DNA of 63,766 nucleotides, filler included, from Piptocephalis cylindrospora (Eukaryota): assembly GCA_003614145.1 (NCBI GenBank). It is 9 parts of 9 records of this genome, joined end to end, with 100 filler letters (N's around TTAATTAATTAA, not from the genome) between each part and the next. Parts side by side here need not be neighbours in the genome. Positions count along the whole stretch, not along the records: positions 35,598 to 42,581 come from KZ988240.1; positions 42,682 to 49,656 come from KZ988241.1; 7 more parts are not named here. One strand, given 5' to 3'. Below are positions 35,598-46,671 of the stretch, piece by piece. Position 1 is the first letter of the stretch. Every line of letters begins with the position of its first letter. A program made the position numbers and the translations under genes. The notes under the pieces are model-generated. The model was given only the letters and a program-made list of their open reading frames with translations, was not told the DNA's origin and ran no database searches.

Positions 35598-35967
35598 GGG
35601 GAGGAGAAAGGAAAGATGCCCGATGATGGTGAAGGCGTGTGTGTGGGAGGAAAAGGGCGGAGATGGATGCCACAGGGAACAAGCGGGGCAAGCGGCGGAG
35701 AGTGTATGGGTGTTGATGCAGCAGGAGAAAGGAGGGGTTTGAGAGCAAAGGCCCACAATTGTCACCTATATGGGCCCCTCTGTGCCAAGGCTTGGAGTAA
35801 GAAGTGGCATTTATCTCACTGAATGTTTTTCAGACATGCACCCTATACCATGCAAATTGTTAGTAGTATCAACATAGGAAACAACACACAACATTATACA
35901 TATGCCGAGTGGTACTCGAATCCTAACTCTTAGTCGTACCAGGCTAAGAGGATAGGACAAGGTAAAT

Positions 35968-36042
35968 TGGAGGGACCCAGGATTGAACCCCCGTCTGCTC
36001 GCTTCATCGGTCGGTGGTCTATTCAATTAGACCAACGCGTCC
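35968..36042 (-). pseudogene. tRNA-like degenerate element (tRNA pseudogene or SINE head)
   Basis: 75 nt: GGACGCG-TT-GGTC-TAATTGAATA-GACC...GGTTCAATCC...CTCCA. A-box and B-box at tRNA spacing and an intact D-stem, but mismatched acceptor, anticodon and T stems. Confidence 0.5.
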
Positions 36043-38791
36043 ATCCACCAAGTCCATAGTCGTGCCTATTGCCTCTCATCAAACGCCCTAAATTTTTGTA
36101 CAGCTGATAGGAATAGAGAGAGAAAGAAGCAAAATAATTGTAAATAGCGAAATGTATTGGGAAAATTACAACCCTCCCTTTTTCTTGTATAAAAATTTAT
36201 TGTCTTATGGGGAAACACACACCCAAGGGACAAAACCCTCCCTTTTTCCTAAAAGTCTTCACAGATTCATCTCAAAAAAGATTCACAAATTTCACAAAAT
36301 CGCTCCTTCCATGGATCTTCTGATCCCTCCTATCTTCTCCTTTAATTCCCTCCATTTCTCCTCCCATTTCTTCATCGTTCCCCTTTCAATAATCGTAAAA
36401 AAAAGGCAAAATAGAATGATCAGAAAATATTGTCAAATGTTAAATAAGGGACAAAATACGAAAATGGCACCACTAAAAATCCAGTTGAGCCAAGGGTAGA
36501 ACCAGACCCACACGGGAATTTCTTCGGGTCAACCGCGCCTAGTGGGACCAGAACTGAAGTCCTGATCCACCCATCCGCACAATCCTGGCTTAGCCCACCA
36601 GGCATCAATGCACAAGATACTCCCATATTTTGGATAGGACTGAGGACAGGTCAGCAGAGAAGGCCATTTGGGTATGGGCTTGGGAAAGCACTTAAGGCGA
36701 TAAGAAAAAGTGAGTCCTCCCACTTTTGGGCCCGCCCTTCCGTTTCTCTATTCCTTTTTCCATCTTTGATCTTCCCTGTTGTTGTTGTTGAAACCATTTT
36801 TATTTTCCCTTGGTGGGGTAGGCGCTAAAGGCATCCAAATGCATAACCCGTCTCATTCGGCCGGCCTGCGTAGTACCAGAAACAATGTTCCCGACGTGTG
36901 CCCCATACCATAATTTTGAAATGGACACTACAGGAAACCATTAGCGCACCCCCTCCCGGAGTAAATGACCATGGAATCCACAAGGAAGATGGTAGCCAAC
37001 AGTGGAGATGGCGCCATTGGGGTTCTTGGACTTGACCTAGCGCAAGGGAAGGATAACACACTCGGAGTCGAGCCTGGAACCTTGCGACCTAAAGGATGGT
37101 CTTCCCTTGATTGGCATTTTTGTTGGATCCTTGATTCATTTGATTAAACCATTTAAATTCTCGTCATGAGCTTATAAGAGAGGCTTTATTTGGATAATGT
37201 ATTGTTGCTAATTCAATACTCTATTAGTAGTAGTAAACCTATTATACTGTAACGACTGGGATGTCGTTGTGCCTTCCGCGTGAAAGGAATGCCTGTGGGA
37301 AGCCCCAGAAACAAAGGACAAGGACCAAAGGAAGAAAGGTCTCCTCATGATCATAACAAAAAAGTCGACAGCACAAGGACACCCTAGCATGGTCCTAAAT
37401 ATAGAGAATCACCCGCCTGGGTGATCCTCTATAAAATACTGGACTTTCGACTGACATTCCCAATACATTGGAAGATTAAGCCACTTTACATCTGAATTCA
37501 CTCCCTCAACCGTTTATACCCACCCACTAAACCATACCCCTAACAATATGGCCCCTAGAATGGAAGAAGATGAATGATATACTGCAAGATGGCCCACTGA
37601 CACCGAGAAGGAAGACAAGAAAAATAATACAGGGAAGAGAAAAGAAATGCCCTCTCTATTGCCTCCCTCAACGATAATCCAGTCTGCTGCCCTTCATCCC
37701 TTTACCACACTCCTTTATACAAAAGGAAAAGTGGAAGGAAGTAGCACGACATCTTTCGTACAATGTAACTTCATCCACCATCTATAAGTAGAAATGTATC
37801 TAAATTCATATGGGATAATATCCGGGTAGGCAGAGGGAGACAATTTATGGTCCAATAGACGAGTTGGTTCAACAACATCAGGGAGAAGTGAAAATGCATC
37901 TCAACCGCCGGGACTAGGAGCTGGCTGTGCTCTAATCAGGATGAGAAGCAATGTGAAGTGACCACTCAGTGTCCATCAAAAGGATACTCAGATCACTGGA
38001 GTAAATGAGGACGTTTTGGTCGCGGATAAAGGGATGAGGAGGATCTCTGGGGCATTCCCGATTCAACATCATAAAATGGTTTCAAAATTCGACACACTCG
38101 ACAAAGGATGAGGGGCCCTATTTGCCATGTTACACTGACGTGCTTTTCCTACACCAGCAGCCCTCCCATAAAGACCTATCGCGGTCATCTGAGGTTTGAG
38201 AATAAAGGGATAGAAGCCGACTAGCCTAATTACATCTGCAGTGACCTTTGAGGAGCGCATTTCAGGAGACCAGAGTTTGGGGAGATATGTTTGATGAGGT
38301 GCATACTTTGTTTTTTTAGAAGGATAGGCAGAGGGAGGGATCCCCGACCATGAGGTGTGACCAGAAGGATGTAAGCGATGTGGAGAACAATGAGAAATAA
38401 TCATTGGGGAAGATGAGAGCGGAGTAAACTCGTCGGAGTAGAATGCATTAGAAAGAAAGAAGGGGTAACGGATCTCCCCATCCCAATGAGGGAAAATAGA
38501 AAGGCTTTATTGGTCAATCAAGGGGTAGCGAATCCTTGCCCTAGAATCACTCTTCCAGTTCAATGGTTTCCAGTATGTTCACACGCCCCTGAACATTCAG
38601 AATCACCAGGTCCCATCAGTTTAGTCATGGTTTTATTTACAATGGTTGGAACCATCAATGCCATCCTCTACATAATATACACTGACTGTTTATCAGTCTG
38701 ACAGTCGACATTAATCTAGGAGCATCTCTGGACAGGAGGGCGGAGGGAGAAATCAAAGGGTATTTATTCTCGTCGCTGGGCCTAGAAGAGG

Positions 38792-38799
38792 TATAAATA
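38792..38799 (+). promoter_or_regulatory. Putative TATA box of the secreted-protein gene
   Basis: TATAAATA followed by a long CT-rich tract, ~225 nt upstream of ATG 39017. Confidence 0.55.
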
Positions 38800-39016
38800 G
38801 GATGGGATTACGCTCGCTTTCCCTCTTCCCATTCAACATCTCCACTATCATCCTCACTCTACACTTCCTGCCTCTTTCTTCTCTCCACCTCTTTCTTCTT
38901 CTTTCCACCTCTCTCCTCTTCTCTCCGTCTCTCTCCATCTCCCTCATTGATACAACGTCGCTGGACTTCGCTGTATCTTCCACTTCCCCATCTCCTCTCA
39001 TCCATCACCACTCATC

Positions 39017-39676
39017 ATGAAGCTAACCACTTCCCTCGCGGCCCTCCTCTTGGTCCTCCCTGCTTGCCTTTCCGCCCCTGCCGATCTGCAACCCTTAGAT
39101 GACCATAACTACGTCTACCAATCCATTGTCACCAAGGATAAAGACAACGGCTACTATTTCCTCTGTCTAGGCCCCAAGGATGGACAGAGATCCGTTCTTC
39201 GCAAGGTTGGCTCACCTCAGGAAGATTGTGTCTATGAGATGAGCTTCGAATCAAATGGAAAGGTAATTACAGGCACTAACCGAAGGGTCTTCAACTTTGG
39301 TATCCCCACCGAAGGAGATGCAGTCAGGTGGGAGACTACCCACGAAGCGAACCTCACAAGCCCCCTCCCTATCGAGGGACCGGAGAATGTTTACCTCTCT
39401 CGTTTCATTTATGAGGTAATGACTTACCCCGATGGCCCACTTGGTACGAATCTACCGGAGCCAAAGATCGAGAAGTACACTCTCAAAGATATTGCTGAGC
39501 CCCTGGGAAATCCCAAGGAGGGTGAACATTCGCCTGAGAGAGAGGCTGTCATGGTTCCCTGGACCGATGCAATCGACAATGAGCCCATCAACTGGTACAC
39601 CGTTTCTTGGGGCAAAACCAACCCCGTTACCAAGTCTACAGCTCAAGACGGGTCGGACGCCCCCAAAACTAACTAG
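39017..39676 (+). CDS. Secreted protein of unknown family, 219 aa, intronless
   Basis: Signal peptide MKLTTSLAALLLVLPACLSA|AP; no further TM segment; two Cys in the mature part; an N-glycosylation sequon (NLT). Confidence 0.85.
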   Translation: MKLTTSLAALLLVLPACLSAPADLQPLDDHNYVYQSIVTKDKDNGYYFLCLGPKDGQRSVLRKVGSPQEDCVYEMSFESNGKVITGTNRRVFNFGIPTEGDAVRWETTHEANLTSPLPIEGPENVYLSRFIYEVMTYPDGPLGTNLPEPKIEKYTLKDIAEPLGNPKEGEHSPEREAVMVPWTDAIDNEPINWYTVSWGKTNPVTKSTAQDGSDAPKTN

Positions 39677-40645
39677 CTATCCAGCCTCTTCTCTCTTCGT
39701 CGTAGGTAATTGTGCTTTTCCCCTGGTGGGTGCAATAAAGTTGGTTTCATCATACGCTTTCCATTTCCTTACCGTTGAAAACGCGTCTAGTTTTGTTCTT
39801 TCTTATGTAATAATATATTTTGGACACAAGAATGAATAGGGCACACCTACCAGCCGGTACTAACTGGATGGATGCTCTATGCAATTTGGCTCCATGGAAA
39901 TGACTGGGTCTTTAACAAGACTCCGTTCTCCCTAATGGCCATATGGGAAGCTCTATTCCGCCCTGATCAGATCCTCGCTCTCTGCCTACCTCAGATGGTT
40001 ACGAAGCCGCCCAAGATCAAGCCTTTTCTCTCCTCATGGAATCAATGTGAAATACTGTGAGGTGGGATCCGGTAGTGGTCTCCCGCTTTAGTGATTTCTA
40101 GTATTCTTTAGGCTCTCCTGCATTTGTCCCTTGGATGATTATCTATAAGGCAATAGTTTTTTCAACATAAAAAAAACAAATACGGTTATTGGCGAAGGCA
40201 TGTGGCCTGAACGTTCTACCTTCTATCGATGATGTGAGGTGATGCTGATGGTAGAATCATTTTATTTTCCCTAGTGGGATAGCGGTGATGTGAGGGCACA
40301 TGGTACAACGCATCTTATGATGCTCGACGCATGTCGAAGAAGTAGCCACTGACACCATGGGCTCTCATTGCCCTTCTCCCTTCCCACGCTTTGGTAAAGG
40401 GCTTTCCAGGCCTCCAGCCCTCGGAGGCTGGGCACGTTCTTTGGCAACCCATCTTCTCTTTGCTCCCCTTCATATGTCCCCATCTCTCCTTTTGACGGGT
40501 ACTGTATTCGGATACTTTTTTCTACCTTACCCAGGGGAAATACAGAGGGTTTCAATTTATTATTCCAAGGCTCTCCCACTGATTCAAGAGCATATTCAAC
40601 TGATAGCATGTATTCACTGAAAACTCTTGATTCATCCGCAAAAGA

Positions 40646-42581
40646 TCACTCTTCCATCAGGCGCTTCTTTGCATGCACCTCCAGCATCACCTCTTCAATC
40701 GCCCTGTAGAACCAGGTCAGGGAAGCCGTGGGAACCGGAATGAACGGGCCTGGTATGTTGTCTTTAAGGACAAGGGAAAGTCCAGCTCCATCCACACGAA
40801 CGGTTTGCACGTTGGCAACATCATGGATCCACACTACACGAAGACGTTTGATACTAATGCACATGATATGAGCATTGGTCAGAACGACGGCCTCGGGCTC
40901 CTCAGATGGGATTGCTATTGTAAAAACAAGTGGTGAGTGAGTGAGAACTGGGTGAATCAAATTGCATGATTCCTCCTCTTCCTTCTTCTCTCAAGCATCC
41001 ACTATTGTTGCCTTAGGATATTAGGGAATAAATGACTTACCAATATGAGCTACGTAAAAATCCCTACGATATTTTCCTTCCCCGGCTTCGGCCATCCACC
41101 GTTGTCCCAATGATTCTCGTTCATTGTACGACTTGAGGATACCTTCCCGGGACACCTGGCGAGGCTGCCTTGCCCTGTCAATGGCATTGTCATCGAATAC
41201 AGTCGTCGTATTCCGAATACCCTCAGTTACCGTGCTGGCCATATCAACGACTCCTACCATAGGCTTAGCCACCACTCTATTGTAAATTCAAAGATATGGA
41301 GAGGTCAGTATGTATCAAATGGTTTCCCACACCCATTTCTCTTTCTTTGTTCTTTAGCCTTACCCAATAAGCCCCTTGCCAAAACCCTTAAAGAAGCCAG
41401 AGACCCCTTCGGACTCGGCTCCGAGCATGGGCTGGGTGATAACCCCGGTCACGCCACTGTATAAGCCAGAGGCCAACGATGTGGCTCCTTGAGTTACCCC
41501 AGTCAAGGCATGCTTAGGTCTATTTCTGGCCCGGGATATCCTACGGCGGTTCTGGAAGGCTTTGTCCATGGTCACTACGGACAGGCCCTTACCGACACTC
41601 CCAGTAAACTTGGAGAAGCTGTCTGTAAAGCCAAACACGGTCTTTTTGAAGAAACTGGCTGTACCCTAATGAGGTTGAGTAATGGGATAAGGGTAAAAGA
41701 TACAATGAGTACCCAAGTCTACATCTGATGTCATATATAGCTGGAGAAGGCCTTGGTAATGGCCCTGCAGCTCATAAGGTATAGAACTTACCTTCATCAA
41801 TCCAATGCCAAGATCCTGGGGTCGATCGGACATGATAAAGCCTTGGTAGGGCTCGTAAAAAATGTCGGCTACTCCCGAGGTCAGGTTGTTGAAGAGACCT
41901 ACAGGATTTCCAAGGATATCGGCAGAACCAACGACTAGATGAACCTGATAGATAAGCTCCTGTTGATAATGCTGAGTGAACCTTTCAGTTAGTTGGGCAG
42001 GAGAGGACCGAAGGTTTTCCAAAAGTAGAGCATTGAGCCGGATGGGTGCATCGTTCATGTTACCCACAGTCATCGTGAGGATGTTAAGGATAAAGTTAAT
42101 GGGGTTAGAGCCAGAAAACAGGCTCCCTCCTTCTCCATCCATATCAACAGCCTCCATGGTGTATCGTTCCGTGCGTAAAAAGGAGAGGTTGACCTTGATG
42201 GGTTGAATATGGAGGAGTTCAAAGTAGAGCTGTTGCCCATTGTCCGCTTCCTCTTTGGCCCTTTCTTCGTTATCCTGCGATGCCTTGGCAGTAAAGCCGG
42301 ACATTCCAGACTCAGATCCTTCTTCCCAAAAGAGCTTCTGAACTATTTCCTGTGTGTGCTTTCCACCTCCACCTCCGCCAAAGGTCATCCCTCGGGGATC
42401 ATCACCGGCGACCTTGGGACGGATGTCATCAAATTTGGAAATATCCAGTAATGCCATTAGGAAATCTTCATCGAGTTCCAAGGACATCTCTTGCATGAGA
42501 AGGGAGCAGTATTTGAAATACTGGACACCATGGGCTGTGTCCCTAGACCGAACAACAGCTCCATGAAGCGCTGGGTGTGAT
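40646..42581 (-). CDS. VPS13: VPS13 C-terminal region (5'-truncated, spliced)
   Basis: LYFELLHIQPIKVNLSF, NDAPIRLNALLLEN, GSADILGNPVGLFNNLTSGVADIFYEPYQG, GVSGFFKGFGKGLIG, TEGIRNTTTVFD. Confidence 0.95.
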
Positions 42582-42681
42582 NNNNNNNNNNNNNNNNNNN
42601 NNNNNNNNNNNNNNNNNNNNNNNNNTTAATTAATTAANNNNNNNNNNNNNNNNNNNNNNNNNNNNNNNNNNNNNNNNNNNN
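42582..42681. other. Artificial contig linker
   Basis: N44-TTAATTAATTAA-N44. Confidence 0.99.
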
Positions 42682-42720
42682 GATCATACACACCGGGCCG
42701 ACGCGGTCGCGGGGACGTAG

Positions 42721-42751
42721 GGCGGGGGAGGGGGGGGGGGGAGGGGGAGGT

Positions 42752-42785
<34 letters not shown>
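42721..42785. repeat. Poly-G tract at the contig start, likely a sequencing artefact
   Basis: ~60 nt of near-pure G next to the contig edge. Confidence 0.7.
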
Positions 42786-42847
42786 CGCTTGGAGGGATGG
42801 TGGAGAAGGACGCTCTTCTCAACGCCTCTGTGCACTGTCGATGATAG

Positions 42848-43892
42848 ATGGGGGAATTAAAGGAAGACCATGTTCTTGTTCCTTGGAAAAACAATATTCG
42901 ATCCGCAGGGGAGTTGAAAGGGGAGGAGACTATTCGTTCCATCCCAGAGTAAGTGGTGTAATACTTGGACCCTCTCCACCTCTTCCAACCCTCCCTCCCC
43001 CCATCTCACCGTCAATCCTATGGTAGCCTTCCTCTGATTGTACTGAGGATGGCTGATATCTACGGGAGCGGTATTGTGTCAAGTATCGGTAAGTCTGAGG
43101 GTGAATGAACTCTCCTTTTCCTCCCTCTCATCGTCCTTTATCCCCGTATATTTTTCGGGTTTCCAGATTCAAATTGCACCTCAATCCGGATTCAGCGGGA
43201 TGCGGAAAACCCCTCTTTCGGCTGTATCTTCGAACCTTCGACCCGACTAGACACGGTCCATGTGTATGATGCCATAAGATCGGTCTTTCACACGGCTGCT
43301 TGGTACATTGAGGGTCAGCACAAGGGCACCCGAATCTTCAATGTGGTGGATGGCGATAGCCTCAGTAAGTAATCACATGATCTTTCATGAGGTAGGATGC
43401 TGCTTTGCTCTACCCATGCTTACATCCCATCCTCAACCTCCCACCATATTAGCCTTTGTGGAGCAAACCGAAATGTTGTGTGAGATGTTCGACATACCCT
43501 GTCGAATTTTATCACCAACCATGCGATCCGTTTGTCGAATGACACTGGTAAGCCTTAGATTGGGCAATGTACGTGAGGTGAAAATCTATTGTATCACTTA
43601 CATCTTCCTCATCGCCTAGCGAGTCGGCTGGATCGGAGATCTAATCATTAAACGATGCCAGGATGCTTGGATTCACACATTGAATCAGAGTGGCATTAGC
43701 TACACCCCCATCCAGTACGTCTTGGACCGAGAAACTCTTGCTACCACCTGGGGCATTGCCCTGGATAATAGCCTTCTGGAGAGGGAGACGGGCTTTAGAT
43801 GCATGCACCCCCGACCCACTCCAGAGCTGGTACGAGAAATCTTGGCCTACTGGGTGGAGCTCAAAGCATGGCCTAGGGACCGGCTCATGTAA
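42848..43892 (+). CDS. Extended-SDR (NAD-dependent epimerase-like) protein, paralogue 1: last four exons (5'-truncated)
   Basis: LPLIVLRMADIYGSG, LDTVHVYDAIRSVFH, IFNVVDG, LERETGFRCMHP...AWP. Intron positions match the downstream paralogue. Confidence 0.75.
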
Positions 43893-44632
43893 TCATCACT
43901 ATGTTTGGAATGTCACAAAGGTATCTTTACCAGTCAGTGTAAGTGAATAATAGTAATGCAAGTAATATATTTGCTGTTTATACCTTTCAAGGATGATCTC
44001 TTCTCGTGGACAAAACCAAGTATTGCCATGCACCGTTGAATCCAGGCTTCTGTGTGGTCCGAGTGACTGTATGAACTCAACATCTGTCGTCTCTAGTCCC
44101 TGCATTATCCACCTTTCCCTCTATCCTCTCTAAATCCGGCTTAGGCAACTGTGTATAATAAACCCTCGAACATGAAGAGATGGTTGTCTAGTGTTGGCCC
44201 TATGCTGCGCTCTTCCCAGCTCACTAATGAAAGATGCATACAAAAGGATGACTATTTTCATGGATGCACACTGAGATAGGGCGGGTACTGGTACTCTATG
44301 ACTAACCCAATGCTCCACCATCCATTGGATATCCGCACATGCTGGGCCATTCGCTTCCTCTTCTTCAATGGACTGTCGGACTGAATGCTACACTGTTTCC
44401 TCCATCCTACATTCAAGGCCACAATCCAATGGACCATCGCCAAGCAATTTAAGAATGGCTGAGTCTTTCTCATCCATTCCTTTCCTCCTAATCTAAATCA
44501 TGCTTTTTACTCCAAGGCTATTTAGTCTGGGTACTACTTTCTTCCTTTTGTTTCAATCGGTCTCATTCAACGCTCCACGCTTTTCTTCGCTTCCCTCCAC
44601 CGCTTCCCACTGATACCACCATTTTTTCTTCC

Positions 44633-46317
44633 ATGAAAAATATCCTGATATTTGGAGGTGTTGATCCATTCGGTAGGAGCATGGCCCTCCATGCCCTGCG
44701 TGAAGGGGATTATGAGACTATTCGTGTCGTGGATCGGATAGTCCCTGAGGTATCCTTCTTTCCCCCCTGGGATCTAAAGCTATTTTGCAAATTAGAAGTA
44801 TATCACATGGATATCGGCAGTGCAAGTAGGTGATGTGAAAGTAAGCATCCTGAGGCATAGCTGAACCAGCTCATACTACATTATCTCCTGATTTAGACCT
44901 GGATTCCAGAAAGATCGATCAGGCCTTCTCCTTGCCCGAAGGTCAGCGCTGGGATTTGGTGATCCATGGCTACTACCACTGCCATCTCCATGGGACTGCA
45001 AAGGTTAGGGAGGCATTAATGCCGGTTCGCTTCCTTGCACATTTCTTTCACCATCTCTCATGAAATCACTTTCGCATGTCAACCCTGTAGGATCATGTCG
45101 AGTACCTTGTTAATCGTGCACGTCTGATCGGAGAAGGTGCAGTCAGATATGGATCTCGATTGCTCATTTACATCACACGCACATCCCTATGCCGATGGAC
45201 CCCCAAGGTATTATTATTAGGGGAAGCGCCACCCAGGTCACTGATGAGGAAAGGATTTGACCCTTCTTTATCTTTGGGCCCTATGATAGATGGGTCGATT
45301 CAAGGACAACCATGTCCTTACCGCTTGGAGAAACAACATTCGATCTGAAGGAGAGGTCAGATCAGAGGAGGCCATTCGATCCATCCAAGGGTAGGTAATC
45401 ATAGGGTCGGCTAGGGCCTTTCTTGCGCAGCTAAAAATACGATTCCTCGAGTTAGTCTCCCACTAGTGATACTAAGAACTGCAGATATCTATGGGAATGG
45501 TGTTGTCTCTAGCATTGGTAAGTGCGATGGATGTTACATGATTCTGTTCTCCCAGTCCCTCCTCTCTTACCTGGTAATATTGTGATAGATTTGAATTGTA
45601 TATCCATCCGCTTGCAGAGAGAGGCGCCCAATCCTTCCTTCTCCTGCTTCTACGAGGAAAGTGATCGATTAGATACTATACACGTGGAAGATGCGACTCG
45701 AGCCGTATTTCACGCAGCACATTGGTACATCCAAGGCCAGCATGAAGGGGTTCGAACGTTCAATGTTTCCGACGATAAGGGTTTCTGTAAGTAGGCGAAT
45801 AGGCCCTTGAAGGGGTTTTCTTTGTAGCTGGTCTCCTCATGTTCCTCCTGCTTTTCTCGATCCCACTTAGCGTTGAAGGAACAACTCCACATGATCTGTC
45901 AAGTCTTCAATATCCCATGTCGAGATCTGCCTAGACCCATGAGAGCCCTTGCTAAAAGGGCACTGGTAAGGCTTACATGATGCTCAGTGGACTAACATGG
46001 CATCTGCTCATCAAATTATCCTTTCATCCTCGCATGATCAGAAAATTGGGTGGCTTACCGATATCCTTATCAAACGGTGCCAGGACGATTGGATCACCAT
46101 CCTTAACGAAGACGGCATCACATCCACCCCCATTGACTATATTCTGGACCACGAAGTACTCGCTACCCCTTGGGGAGTCTTCCTAGATAGCACACTTTTC
46201 CGAGAGGAGACAGGATTCAAATGCATTCACCTTTGCCTTACGGAAGGGCATATTTATGGACTCCTGAGATACTGGACAGAGATCAGAGCATGGCCCAGAG
46301 ATCAAACGAAACGATAA
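44633..46317 (+). CDS. Extended-SDR (NAD-dependent epimerase-like) protein, paralogue 2, multi-exon, complete
   Basis: MKNILIFGGVDPFGRSM...IRVVDR (Rossmann start), LPLVILRTADIYGNG, LDTIHVEDATRAVFHAA, TFNVSD, FREETGFKCIH. All junctions are GT-AG and in frame. Confidence 0.8.
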
Positions 46318-46671
46318 CCGGGCCATTCAGCCCATTTTAATTATAATTCATACACCAGAATACATATAATTGGGCTATTTCCACTCAGGCTACACATGGG
46401 TATGCAACCCAATTGGAAAAACTGGAATCGTGCTCGGTTGGTCAGGTGGAAGGGTGATTTTTTCTTTGAAATCCCCATGGCATGATGGGTGGATAGTGAG
46501 CAACTGAAAGACATGCACATTTCCATACACAATTAGTCATTTTTCACCTTCCGATTTGTTGACATGTTCAAGCCTCTCCCCAAGTGCATTGGAAACATGA
46601 AGTACTTTCCTGCCGCTGTTATCCTTTCTCCCTTATCTTCGTCCCGTCCCCCATCGACGTGTCATTCCATC

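Noticed and set aside
36150..36830. AT-rich block with a short direct repeat (ACCCTCCCTTTTTC twice) and an ATG-less open frame, as a possible DNA transposon or pseudogene
   Set aside because: No convincing terminal inverted repeats, TSD, transposase motif or similarity to neighbouring genes.
37055..37120. Second tRNA-like stretch on the minus strand (CCAGGCTCGACTCC)
   Set aside because: Only an imperfect B-box/T-arm; no A-box or D-stem could be built.
42626..42942. Poly-proline ORFs (formin/WASP-like)
   Set aside because: They derive from a poly-G tract at a contig edge, probably a sequencing artefact.
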